A DNA stretch of 64,000 nucleotides from Podarcis tiliguerta. Taxonomy: Eukaryota. This document shows, in pieces, positions 25,101-38,550 of this stretch. The position numbers were made by a program, and so were the translations under genes. Where the stretch lies: assembly GCA_965153285.1 (NCBI GenBank), contig OZ229114.1, one strand, 5' to 3'. The notes beneath the pieces are model-generated. The model did not search any database and was not told the origin of the DNA. It saw only the letters and a list, made by a program, of their open reading frames with translations. Positions within the stretch are counted from its first letter, which is position 1. Every line of letters starts with the position of its first letter.

Positions 25101-26931
25101 ATGTGGTCTCTAGTGTCTTTGTGATCCCTTTGAAGAAATGCAGTGCAATAGACAGGGCAGCCATGTGTAGTCAACAAAAAAGTGGGTCTGACAACTCTAA
25201 ATAAATTGAAAGAGGTTTCTGAATCCTGCAGGAGTTTTCGAAGTGGGTGAACAATTACCCTGTCCTTATGGAGACCATTTGATGGGAATGTCATAATGAG
25301 CTCATTTGATCTCTACTACAATTTTGCAGCCTTATTATCATAATTTTCATATATTAATGCATAATGTAAGATTGTTTAAGGCATTTTTACTTGAATGAAA
25401 AGACAGTCACTGCTTTCAAACTTCAAGTGACTGCACCTGGTAAAGTGGGAGCAGGGTATTGTCAAAAAATTATGTAACTTGGTTCATTAAGAAAATTCCA
25501 TTGCTGTTCTGCAGTTTATCTGTTAAAGTGTTTTAGACAACAGGTATCTTAAGTCAGCAAACAATTTTGAAAATCTGATTGAGCCTTGATTCTGTGTGAT
25601 GGTCTGAAGCTGAAGCTAAGAAGGCTTGGGTCTGGTCTGGTCGGGTCTGGTCTAAGATAAGAATGGTGAGGTATAAATGTAAGAAAAATGGATGGTTCTA
25701 ACTGAGAGAAGCCAGTGAGCCAAACAAACCAAGACTAATCCTTTCTACTTGGCTTTTTTTATTTTAGTGGGATGCTACTGTCAGTGACAGTATAGCACTA
25801 GTAAGACAATTATGATTGTTGAGATTTAAAACGAAGAAATAGGTGTATGGTAGCATTAACAATGAAAAATGTATAATCATGAATATGCTTAATGATTATA
25901 TTTTATGCTGACCTTTCATAATTACTAACCAAAGAAATGATTAAGGAGTCAGTTTTGTAACACTCATGGAGCCTAGTTGGAGATCTAGTGATGTGTCCAC
26001 AGAAGTATTTTATTATGAAGCCTTTTCAAGTTATGGCAGAGGCAAATAAAAGCATGGGGAACTGCTAGAAAGAGACTCATTTTGTAGAAAAGTGTCCTTA
26101 GAAGTTTCAGTCATGCTGTCTCCTCCCTCTTTAATTTTGCAGCCTTAGAGGTAGGCCATGTCTCCAGTAATTCTTTAGTGGTTTGTTCTTGCAAACTATA
26201 GTTTTGAAGACGGGTTAATTTAACCTCTATTTTCTGCAAGAGCTTCAATAGTATAATCTATCATGGGACTAGATTAAAGTGTGATCTTAACCCAATGATG
26301 TTAATCCCACATTAGTTTAACATCCGGAGTTGTTCTTGTAAGCTCACATTTTTGGAAGCCTTCAGTTACAACTTTCTTTCTCTTCAGCTCCCTCCTCAGT
26401 TTGGGATTCCTGATCTAAATAACAACGTTCACCTGTAGGGTATGTGTGTGTGTGTGTATTGTCTTTTTTCTCTTTTGGGTATATAATGCATGTTCTGGAT
26501 GAGTGAGAGACTTAGTCTCAGTCAGCACCAGTTGTTAGGGCATCTTGGATAGAAATACCTTTGACGCAAATTCTCAGATGAGGTAGTAAAGCTGTACCTG
26601 AACCATACCACTTCTAGTTACATGAGTCCCAACTGGAATCTCAGTTCTCCTCCATACTCCCCATCTCACACACATAGAAAACTGGCTAAATCCGAACACC
26701 TGTCTCTGAAGTACCTGATTTTGCTTTACATACAAGGAATCTCTTCTTTGGACAAGCTTTCAGGCATGTGAGCTCTCACCTGCAGTCTCAGGGTTTTATG
26801 GTGTTACTGATTTAGTATACAAATTAAGTTGAAGCAAGCCTTTCTGCTCCACTGTGCAAGGAGAGAAGGGACTCTTTGGCCTTGAGGAGGCATGCAGGAT
26901 GCAGCAGAGAATCTTAACTGAGGCCATAATA

Positions 26932-27329
26932 CTGTATTTTTTGCCCTATAGGACACACCGTCCCATAAGGCGCACCTAGTTTTTTTGGGGGAAAATAAAG
27001 GGGGGGGGGAATTATTCCCCCCCCCCCGGCGTGGGGCTGGGGTGGGGGGAAGCCCGAGCTTCCCTTGACCCCAGAACAAGCAACTCTCCGCAAGCCGTGG
27101 GAGCCTGGCACATGCAGGCAGCTCTCAGCATGCAGGCAACTCTCCGGCGCGGGCTCCCACGGCTTGCGGAGAGCTGCGTGAAGCCTGGAGAGCGAGAGGG
27201 GTCGGTGCGCACCGACCCCTCTCGCTCTCCAGGCTTCAGCGAAAGTCTGCATTCCCCCATAGGACGCACACACATTTCCCCTTCATTTTTGGAGGGGAAA
27301 AAGTGCGTCCTATAGGGCGAAAAATACGG
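26932..27329. mobile_element. Tc1/mariner-superfamily MITE (CCGTATTTT termini) with internal 60-bp palindrome
   Basis: TA|CTGTATTTTTTGCCCTATAGGAC...GTCCTATAGGGCGAAAAATACGG|TA. Confidence 0.88.
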
Positions 27330-30300
27330 TACATCCTGCTGCCATGATGTCATGCAGCACAAACAGAACTTAGGATGAAAGTGGGCAAATGGAATCGCTC
27401 ACTTATTTTAACCAAAGACACTGGTCTTCTGATGGAGGCAGAGAGTGATGACATTGTACATCTTAGCCCGGTGTGGCCTGTCATTTAAGCAAGGTGGAGC
27501 CAATTGTTTCAGGTGCTCCCACATTGCCTTGCTGCCAATCCCGCCAGGGCCTTGCCCGCACCGCCATCACAGCCACTGCTGCTGCATTGTGGCAGTAGTG
27601 CTGGTGTAGTGGCAGGTGAGGGTACAGTTGTGGTGATGGGTCAGGCGGCAGTATGGGGGCATGGTGGGGACCTGGATTTGCAGGGGGGGCATAGAGGGGG
27701 CATTTTGGCTGTGGAGGCAAATGTCTTGGGCTAGCATATATTTTTGTGAAGTAATTATTATTATTTGTTAAATTTGTATACAATATACAAAGCACAAAAT
27801 ATATAATAAAAATAATTAAAGCACAAAACACGTAAGAAAAATAATCAAAACATAAAAAATCAATATATAAATGTATACACACTAATAAACAATACACTCC
27901 CCAACAAGTGCTCCTAAACAATACTCCAGCTCACAAATACAAAAATCCAAATTAACAGATATCATTTAACAACACTTTAAAACAACCCCAGCCTCCAGAT
28001 AAAACAGCACCCACCAAAGTTAAAACCCCATCTCTGTTAAAACAGTAATTTTCACACAAGGGGGCTGTCCTACGCCCTCGTTTCACCCCCCCAAAGTGCT
28101 GCTACCAAAGGGATGACACCTCTTAACTATCTGTCCAATTTAAAAAGAAGTCTACTGAGGCTAAACACATCTTCAGGCAGTGATCTAGTTCTTAAATATA
28201 TGAAAGCATCATCGCCTCTCTTGAAAGACAACACTAAATAATATCTTTTCTGTTCTTAAAAGTCTAAAGAGCAGTAATGTTAGCTCAACGTCTGTCTCTT
28301 GATAGTTTGATTACTGTACAAAATGAATTTGTGTGTGTGCGTGTGAAAATGAAGCTATTACATAGCATTGTAGTTTGGGAAACTTGCCTGCATCAGTAAT
28401 AATCAGATTGAGAACAGATAAAAATATTCAAATACATAACAGCTGCTTAAAATTTAAAAGAACTCTGCAAACTATTATTTGTCACCTCTGCCAGAATAAT
28501 AAAATGTCAGAATAATGAAATTGCTGTAACTTCCTCATTTCCCACATACTATTCCCTAGCAGTCACAACTAAATCAGATTATTTCCATTTCTGGTGCTTT
28601 CTCACACCCCCACCTTCGTAAAGGTGTGTGTGTTTGTGTGCTGCTGCTACTACTTTTCCTGTTTCTTGATACATTCTTCCGTTTTGGTGTTGATAGGTAC
28701 ATCCTGCTTCCTGTTTGCTGATGCTCTGACAACTGGCCCATGTGTTAAATGTTCAAGAGCGAGAAGGGCCTACAGGCACTATTTTTCTTTTGAAACAGAA
28801 GCTTCTTTAGATTTGTCATCTTCAGTTTCTGCAGTTAGAGAAAGATTAATGTAATTAACGGCTTATCAAGAGGATATCCAATTATTTTGGGTTCATGTGT
28901 CCTGCAGTTTTCCTCACCATATGGTAAAATATAGTGGGTCTGGACCAAGAGTGTTTGAAGACCCCCCTTCTCCCAAATTGACCAGCCTTTTCATTCAGAT
29001 AATTGTTGGACTGTTTCTTTTCTGGGGTACCCCCATCTCAGAGCAAAGAAACATGGTCCCCACAGAGGTCTACCTAGTGCCTTCGTTACATTCAGGCACC
29101 AGGCAAGACCTTTCTATTTCCTTTTACCAGTTTGTTCTGCTCTAGTTGATGAGCTGTTTTGAGCATGTTTTGTGGGATAGTGAGTTGTAAATTAATAATG
29201 CTTGACTACTTTTTGCTTGTTTCTCACATGTATAATATAATAATAGCTGTCTCACCTTAATGTACAGTGTGACCTAGCTTTAGATAAACAGATTAAAGGC
29301 TGACTAATGTTTGGATGAGATGACAGCCCAAGTGTTGTAAGACACAGCCTTTGTGAAATTAGGTGCTGCGACTTGTGCTTTCACGGCTGCTATGAGCGCA
29401 AGACTGTAAGAAAGTGAGAGTACGTATTTTCAGTTAGGGAAGAAATTATATATGCACATTTTATTGTAGGTCACTTGCAATTCTAGAGTAGATTTAGGAA
29501 TGAAGTAGAGGTTTCTTGATTCAAAGTGCTGCCTTCTCTAATACCCAAACCAATGTTGTTTAGGAAGTAAAAAAAAAAGACGTAACTACTTTCAAGCATA
29601 AGCTAATGTTGCTTGTATGGCCTGCAAGAGATGAAAAGCAGCAGAGACAAAAATGTGATGCCTGTTTTCGGCTTTTGGGAAGAGGGCCTTTTTATCAAAG
29701 AAAATTTGCCACTTTTCCTTGTGCTCATCTTTGTTGCTGAGATTAATTTACCAAATAAGTCTTGCCACTTGGCTCTTCTGAGTGAACAGTTCTTTTCAAC
29801 AGCTATCTGCTGTGCTTATCACACAGACACAAAAACCTGGTTCTGACTAATCCCAGCTCGGAGTATGACTTTCTCTCTGTCGGGCACCACCAGCCTCAAA
29901 GTCAGTGGGATGCAGTGTTCATCACTTCCTGTTCAACAGATGTTTCAAAAGGCTTCTGTGCTGTTTTCGAAAAGTTGCTTCCAACCTGCAGATGATTGCA
30001 GTAAAAGGAAGGGGGAAGAGAGTGCACTGTTTGCACAGAGACATTTCAGTTGAAGTTCCTTATACAAAAAGTTGTCCAGCAGATGGTTACACCTCTGTTT
30101 GTTTTGCAGCTTGGTAAAGTACTTGTTTTGGTACTCAGGCCTCGCTTTGGCACGCAGTATATGTGGCCTCAAACTTGTTTCTGGGCTGTACCTTCTCAGT
30201 CTTCAGGTGTGAGCTTATATGATTCATTGCAACTATGTAGAAAATCAGGGTGTAAGGGAGAAACTGCTGAGCCTAGTCTCCCTAATATGCTGATTTTTTA

Positions 30301-30461
30301 TGATTTTTTGTTGTGCAGAGAAGCATTGTGAGCCCTTGCTGGCAGTTTGCAGTGATGTCTGCTTTATTATTTTATTCTGCTGTAAGGCTAGATCCAAATT
30401 GGCCCTCTGGTTTTGATACATGTTGTGTGAATTGTGGTGGTGAAAGTAACAAAGAAAGCTC

Positions 30462-30591
30462 AGGTAGGTAGCCGTGTTGGTCTGACGCAGTCTAAATAAA
30501 TAAAAATATTGTCCGGTAGCACCTTAGAGACCAACTAAGTTTGTTCTGGGTATAAGCTTTCGTGTGCATGCACACTTCTTCAGGTACCTTC
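30462..30591 (-). mobile_element. Penelope-like element terminal fragment with hammerhead motif
   Basis: ggtagccgtgttggtctg...gtagcaccttagagaccaac...ataagctttcgtg...cacttcttcag, typical of squamate PLE ends as recalled; flanked by agaaagctc direct repeat. Confidence 0.75.
30549..30588 (-). ncRNA. Minimal type I hammerhead ribozyme motif (PLE-associated)
   Basis: Minus strand reads GGUAC-CUGAAGA-A-GUGUG(CAUG)CACAC-GAAA-GC-UU-AUACC. Confidence 0.65.
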
Positions 30592-33060
30592 AGAAAGCTC
30601 GGCTACCCTTGTGTTCTTACCTATCCATTCATCAGGTTTTTCCAAGCAGAGACAAGGCTGGTGGGAACTTCTCCAAACTTGCTGTGACTTCAAGGGCAAA
30701 GTCACTCACATCTGGGCTGATCTTGATACAACAATTTGGTGCTCGTCTTATAGAGAAGGTGTCTAGTTCACAGATGATTTTCGATGTGTGCTTACATTAG
30801 TTCCTTTATATCTGACCTGGTTGCGTCGTGACTCTTTCGTTTTCTCTTTAGGAGCTAAAGCAGCCTCCCTTGTCAACTCACACACCTGTCAGGCTAATAA
30901 TACTTTTTATGGGTCTGAGAGCAGCTTCCTTTAAATGTTCTGAGCTTAATTTCTATCCACATGGAGCTTCCCACTGTGCAGGATGTGGGATGTGAGATTT
31001 CTTCATAACAAAACTATCCCTCACCTCAATGCCACATCGGTGAAAATGGGCACATGATCCGTTTTGTTGGTGTTATAAACTATAATGTATTTTTAAAACA
31101 TAAATGTGTTAGTTGGAAACTTGGCATCCCCGATTTCACATATGTGCCTTGATATGATGGGGAAGCATCAGGTGGAGAGGTAATAGGCTTCAGAGCTTGG
31201 CTGCGATGGTGACATAAACAATATATTCTTATATAGTTGCACATCTGATCATAAAGTTGAAAAAGTAGTGTTTTGTTTACAGATTCGCATTTTTTAAAGG
31301 GGGGAACAATCAATAAAGTACACTTAATACGGTTTGAATGTTATGGTCAAATATACTCAAAGCTTTAGTTGGAAATAATGTTATTGGAATATTTGTAAAA
31401 TATGACAATTTATAGGATGCACTTCTTTTGTATTATTTACATTTTAAGGGGAGAAAGGAAGGTACAGTACTCACTTTTGCAAGCTCCAGTGAGCTATGCA
31501 TTAGGCATGTGAACATTTCCTAGGTTTAGTTTATCTGAAATGGAACTAATTACAGCGTTGAAACTGCTGGATTTGACTAGATATGTGAAGACCTGGAGGG
31601 GAATGGAAAAGTGGGAGCGGGGCACAGACTTACACATCTCTGGATTTGACTGGTATTATATCCATTCATTATGTTGTCGATTAATTTTATGAAACAACAT
31701 ATTTTTAGGAATAGTTATTTGTGTGTGTGCCCCCCCCCCCCAAATACAGAGCATCAGAAACAATTTCCAGTATGAAAACTTTTTTATTCCACATTACTGA
31801 GTTGTGAAAGGTTCATGTAGGGTTCCTGTCTAATCAGAAAGATGAATTTAGTGGGGAGGTTTCTAGTTTCTTTCCAGACCTTCTACTAGATGACCCAAAA
31901 TACTTGGGATTCTGGTTTACCAGTAATTTAAGACTCACAACAGTTTATACCGAATGGATTTTTATTTATAGATGATTAAGATTAATGTCAAAACATTACT
32001 TGCATACAGCTGTTTTTTTAGGCACTGGAAAATGTTTGTCTCAGTTGTAGCATTTGAAAAGCAGATACAGTTTTGAATCAAGCCAAGATACTTGTAGCTA
32101 TTTAACTAGCCATGCTCCTTTAGTTCCAGCTTAAATTTACCGTGTATTCTTCAGTATGAAGGTGACCTTTTTGACTTGCTGTGTCTAAATTTAAACTTTG
32201 GGGAAGCTATCTAGTACTTTATTCTTTGGATGGTCTCTTAGACTTGGTTTTCTGAAAGCTTGCGCTGCATTGTTAATTCATGTCTCAACATTGATTTGTC
32301 TTGTACTGAACCAGTAAGCTGGCACCAGTCCAGTTTTTTTGGTAGAAGCCTGCTAATTGTCGTATCAGAAATTGAACATGGGAGGGAGGGAGGGTTGACT
32401 TTAATGAAATCTATTTGTTAAGAATGATATCAGCAAGAAGGATGGAGTTCTTAAAAGAACATTAGACTTCAGTCCACCAATGCTTCTTTTCAATGGATAC
32501 TGTTCTCTTAAAGACATTACGTAGGGTCTACAATGCAGCAAGGCAATTTGATGACCTTGCTGTGTCACCATATATTGCTGTATAGAACCATTGTATAATG
32601 TTAGGCAATAAAATTCCAGTGTCATCTGCAGCCTGTCCGATCATTTACAGTTCTATGCATCCACATGTTTGAGGAAATGTAGGACTATAAAGCAAGTTTC
32701 TTTAGTTTTTGATACCTGAAGCATACTCTTTTTTTTTAATGGTGGTCGCGTCTAGATTAAATTTGGAGGCACGCTCAGCTCCCCAGCACAATAGGCAAGG
32801 CATCACCCTTGCAGCTGTGGGATAGCACAGTTGATTTCCTTCCATAGCTCAGGGATGGGATCCTGTTTTGAGGGTAAAAGCAATGCTTCTGGGATTCCCC
32901 CTCACCTGTCAACAGTATCGTGGACTGCATCAGAGACTTCTAGTGCATCCTTACTCCTTGCATTGGGATCGTGTTAATTCTTAGGTTTTGATGGGGAAAG
33001 CTGGAAACTGAACACGGCTAATTTGTTTAAAGCATAGTTTTGCTTTGTTTTTAAAGGCAC

Positions 33061-33402
33061 ACCTGACCATTAGGTCCAGTCATGACCAGCTCTGGGGTTG
33101 CGGTGCTCATCTCGCTTTATTGGCCGAGGGAGCCGGCGTACAGCTTCCGGGTCATGTGGCCAGCATGACTAAGCCGCTTCTGGCGAACCAGAGCAGCGCA
33201 CGGAAACACCATTTACCTTCCCGCCAGAGTGGTACCTATTTATCTACTTGCACTTTGACGTGCTTTCGAACTGCTAGGTTGGCAGGAGCAGGGACCGAGC
33301 AACGGGACGGGAGCTCACCCCGTTGCGGGGATTCGAAACGTCGACCTTCTGATCGGCAAGTCCTAGGCTTTGTGTTTTAACCCACAGCGCCACCCGCATC
33401 CC
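33061..33402 (-). mobile_element. Sauria SINE, tail lost
   Basis: SINE consensus; flanked by the direct repeat aaaggcacac. Confidence 0.9.
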
Positions 33403-35117
33403 AAAGGCACACTTAAGCCCCACTAAAAAGCACACAATTGTGCCCCTGCATCCAGAAGCCACTGCACAGGTCAGCCCTCCTATAAAGTAACAATGCTGGC
33501 AGAGCGCTATGAAAGATTTTGATTGGGCTGCTCCCATTGTATCAACTTAGCCACAACACACACAACATTTTTCCAGCTGTAATTATATGTTTCTAGATAG
33601 TTCAAGTTGCTCCTTAAACCTAGATACATGTTATTTAGCATTACAGAATGACTGTGTTCTTACCTTTCAAGGTGATTGCAAGGGCAAATCAATACATACT
33701 CTACATTTTGCTTTCTAAATTATGATATATGTGCAGATGTATATATTTGCTTCCTTGGAATTAAATATAGTTTTCAAGTAGACATGAAATGTGTGTGTGT
33801 GTGTGTGTGTGAAGATGCACTCTTCAGGATGGAAAGGGAATTGAATGATGGGTTAATAAAATGGGGAAATGATTTTAAATGAGGTTGTGATTCTTTAAAT
33901 AAAGAGATTTGTGGGTGAGGTGGTGCTTGGGTGTAAGAAGAGAAGTGCAAAAAGTTTGGGGGTTGCCTGGGAGAGGGCATTCTCTGTGGCAGCCCCCAAG
34001 TCATGGAACTGCTGCCCCACAGAGGTGCACCTGGCACCTTCATTACAGAGTTCCCATCATATGCTGAAGACACACTTCCTTTACCCTGTCATTTCCCACC
34101 TGAGATGCATATTTTTAGAACCTATTCTATTTTTGTGATGTAATTTGCTTTAAGCTTTTTAATATGCTGTACCCGCCCTGGGACCTTATGGTGTAGGATG
34201 GGTAAGAAATTATCTCTCTCAAAGCAGGTGGAAATAACACTGGGACTGAATATTAACAAGTTCCTGAATATATGCAAACCGTCCATGACATACATTCAAC
34301 TTTCACCAAAAAAAGCCATGATTTATCATCCTGGGAATAAACCACAGTTAGCCTCAGACTCATACACTCTTCATTCCTCCAGTGCAGCTTTTGTTTCCAT
34401 TGTTTTTATTAACCACAGTTCAGTGTTGCATCTCAACCCTAAACAGTGGCTTGTTTTAACTATGTTTGATTGAACAAGTCACCTTTGTGACCTATGAGAA
34501 AGCTTCTGATCTTGCCCACAAAGTAGTGAGGAGTCTGAAACTAGTTCCTTTTCATAATGAACCATAGTCTGTTGTGACATTTGGACTGGGCCAATATAAG
34601 GCAGCACAGGGAGGAGGAAGCCAGCCAGAAGCAATGGCCAGCTGGCCTGGGGTCCTGTTGCCCCTGCATTACCCAGACCGACTCTCCATTTTATTTGGCA
34701 GTGGTAGCAACAGCACATCTTCAAACCAGGCAGCCATTGCTTCTGGCTGCCTTCCCCCTTCCTCTTGCTGCTCTACCTGCCAGCACCTTACCTGGGTCAA
34801 CTTTTCATCTTAATTGACTGCTGCTGCTGCTACTGCAGCAGCTCCCCAGGCTAGCCAGGTAGGAGGAAGGCAGCAAATTGTGGTCCCAGCCACGACATCT
34901 GGATCCTAGGGGCCGAGGAGTCATAGCAGCAGGGCTGGGGTCTGCTGCAGCCTGTTCTGGCTCACTTGGCCTGCCCATCCACCACCTCTTGTCATGCTGT
35001 AGTTCACAGTGCCTTCTGTCTAACCATGTGGATTACAGCACTGTGACATTTAGTGAAAATGTATATACAGTATATATGTGGTCACATCTGCAATTGGTGG
35101 CTTGTATTCCGTCTATA

Positions 35118-35465
35118 GGGATGTGGGTGGCGCTGTGAGTTAAACCACAGAGCCTAGGACTTGCCGATCAGAAGGTTGGCGGTTCGAATCCCCGCGACGG
35201 GGTGAGCTCCCATTGCTCAGTCCCAGCTCCTGCCAACCTAGCAGTTTAAAAGCACGTCATGTGCAAGTAAATAAATAGGTACTGCTCCGGCGGGAAGGTA
35301 AATGGCGTTTCCGTGCACTGCTCTGGTTTGCCAGAAGCGGCTTAGTCATGCTGGCCCAGAAGCTGTACGCCGGCTCCCTCGGCCAGTAAAGCGAGATGAG
35401 CGCCGCAACCCCAGAGTCGTCCGCGACTGGACCTAATGGCCAGGGGTCCCTTTACCTTTACCTTT
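35118..35465 (+). mobile_element. Sauria SINE, full length
   Basis: Head with GGTTCGAATCC, tail cctttacctttacctttt; TSD-like tattccgtctata / tattctgtctgtata. Confidence 0.9.
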
Positions 35466-37181
35466 TATTCTGTCTGTATAGAATTGCCCTCTTCAACATG
35501 TGAACAGACCTTCAACCTAGAGATGTTTAATGTATTGAAGAGATGCATGTTAAACTGCTATACTTCATGAGTATGGGCTAAGAATATGTCAAAAGTCTTT
35601 GGTTAGCTGGCTAAGGCTCTTGGCTCTTCCCCCGCCGTTCCTGTTGCTACTGTGAATAACTCATGCATTTTTGCTAATGAGCCCTCCCATTTATCCATGT
35701 GTAACAATGGCTGCCATATGACACAGCTCACATGGAAATGCCATATTAATTTCATATGACTGGTTTTTAACTGTGCACACGTACAATCATGAGCAAAGGG
35801 GAAGATGATATGGTGATTAGGACTGGATTGCTAGCAGTTACTGGAAGCAGCAGAAATTTGGTGCAGCTGACGTCTCAAGGGTTATCGTTGGTTGGACATA
35901 ACCTACCCAACAATTTGATTATGAAATATTGCTCTGCATGTTTACATAGATACCCTGAACTTCCTCTCTAAGAGTCTCTGTTCTTTTAGAAGTTTGCCTC
36001 ATTCATTTACAAATACAGTTGAACTCATGAGTCACTTCTAACTAGATTGGACATAGCAGTGGGTGATTGAAGTCCATCCATATGTTTTTAAAAATCCTGT
36101 TGCACTTGCATACGCATTGAGGTCCTGGGTTATTTTCATGGTGTAAGAATTCCTTTTCCTTTTCTGTAGAATTCTTAGCAGTAGCAGAGACTGACTTTAA
36201 GCCTGTTCCCCGAAATCATGAGCGCACTCAGTTTTACCAAATCTTGTAAGCCAGCTGAGACGTCTAATTCACTCCTCGGCATAACTGTCTCGCAACATTT
36301 ATTTATTTAGTTCAGCTTATTTTAGCCAGCTTGGCTCAGTACTTTCCCCTTGCTTGAAAAAGAAACTTACTTAAGCTGTTGGCAGGGAGCCTGTACTGAA
36401 GGGGGGAAATGAAGGATGATTCAACTGTTGTAAGGGAGAGGGGTTTGCTGGAATTTTGCAAAGAACGGGCGTGAGAGAGAGAATCCTGGAAAGTACTAGG
36501 ACCCAAGACCAGTTCTAGTATAGACCACACAGGCTTTCTTTCCTGTAACTATTTCTCTTGTGTCATTTATGTGTTTTTGGGGTGGGGGTAGTTCTGTGAA
36601 AATATCAACTTACAGGCTCATTTCTAATTTGCATATATAGTTAACATGTTCCTCATCATTTAAAAGATAATTTCCCAAATTGGAATTTCATTATCTGGGA
36701 ACAGTTTTCCAAAATGGCGTTTTGCACATGAGTAAAATAAATGTGGATCTCTATCATAGACTCATAGTCTCATAGAATTGTCGAGCTGGCAGTGAATTGT
36801 CAGGTGTTATATTGATCACGTTACATTGGTCACAGGCCATTTGCCAGAAAACCTTTTCTCCACCATTTCCAATAAACACTACTGTTTGATATTTACCCAC
36901 GAAACATTTGGTTTTTATGTATTTTGCTGCAGATTGATTTTAGAAATCCATTCCGATAGAGAAGATGCATAGCCAAGTTACAGATACTTGAGGCTGAAAA
37001 CCTGTTAAATTAGTCACATATTTTAAAGCACAATAAAAATAAAGCACTTAAACTATCTGTTGCATACTTTTTGATTGTACGGAATACGAAGGCAGTCAAC
37101 AAATAGTTTCATATTAATTTCAGTTAAATAATTTTAACTAAAACACAATATATGATTTAAAGAAACTTACAAATGTTACAT

Positions 37182-37317
37182 CAGGCATAGGCAAACTCTG
37201 GCCCTCCAGATGTTTGGGACTACAATTCCCACCATCCCTGACCATTGGTCCTGTTAGCTAGGGATTATGGGAATTGTAGTCCGAAACATCTGGAGGGCCG
37301 GAGTTTGCCTATGCCTG
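37182..37317. mobile_element. hAT MITE (136-bp hairpin)
   Basis: TIRs CAGGCATAGGCAAACTC / GAGTTTGCCTATGCCTG; 8-bp TSD tgttacat / tgttacac. Confidence 0.9.
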
Positions 37318-38489
37318 TGTTACACTATTCAACATGGAATCACCTGGGGGGTAGAACATCACTTCCGGCCTTCTTCCTAAATTAGGCTTTAAAACTTTGG
37401 GCCACGCCCCTTCCTTTGTCATTAAATCAGCCTGAAATTAGGTGTGGGCTGGAAGATGTGGGTCAATTAGTGGTTATTAACCAAGATAATTAAAGGAAAC
37501 ATCAGGTTCAGAGGGTTTGGCCTCACCCCCCCCCCATGCCAGTATTACCTTTACCTCTTTTTAAATCAATAGGAATTGGATGCAGGTAGCTCTCTGCTGG
37601 GTTGCAGGTTAAGTCCTTTTATTTCACTTGACATTCATCCATAATTCACTTTAAAACATTCTTGAGGAATATTTTTGAGATTAAGCGCATCGTGTTAGTG
37701 AAGAAATAATTGTGTTGCTATATAGAAGGAATTTTGCGAGTGGAGTTGCTATGAATTCAGCGACACATGACTTGCTTTCTGCTGCAGCAGTAAAAATTGG
37801 AAGCCTATTAAAAATAGTCTTTCCCATATAAGGACCACTGTTCATGCTTGCCTGCTCTCGTGATAGCAGGCAGAACAACCATACAGCTCCGCAGAGTCCC
37901 TCTTTTTGCTTATTTTAACCAGCAGGGATACTTTTATTCTATAAAAAGGAACAGCATTTCCAGAGTTCTTTTGGGAAGTTTGCCCTTTCTAATATGTTGT
38001 ATTAAGATAGGTGGTCTGGCATGTTAGTCTAAAACGACATTGCGATGTTAAGCTACTGCTTTGCTTCAGGTTGCCGCATGCAGTGTGTGACTTGTGTACA
38101 GGTCTAAGGAATACATAGTCATCACTGCTTAGTCAGGCCTTCAGGTCTACTTGATTTTTCAGGCATTGGTCAGAAGTGGGTTAGGTGAAACTGAACCTTT
38201 TAGCTTCCTTAATATATTTGCCACATGGAAACATGATGAGTTGGTCTAGCACTGGAAGTGTGATTTTTGTACACAGCTTTCCCAGTTTATGGTCTGTTGG
38301 CAGATTTCTTCTTGAGTTTGCAAACTTGTCACAAATAGGATTTTGGTAAAAGCATCTTAATTTTCGCACTTTGTGTTTCTGAAGTCCATCTGTGTGCTGG
38401 GAGTTCTTGCTGAGAATTTCATTTCACAGAGCAGGGCAACGGTGTTAGATATATGCACTTAAATGTCTGCTATGACAACTGGCCAAATA

Positions 38490-38550
38490 GTAATATAATA
38501 TAATATAATATAATAATATAATATAATATAATTAATATAATATAATAATT
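38490..38550. repeat. (ATAAT)n pentanucleotide microsatellite
   Basis: About 10 units, slightly interrupted. Confidence 0.9.

Noticed and set aside
26804-27362. Similar ORFs here and at 40584-41211 suggesting a duplicated gene
   Set aside because: Both are copies of the same GC-rich, palindromic MITE.
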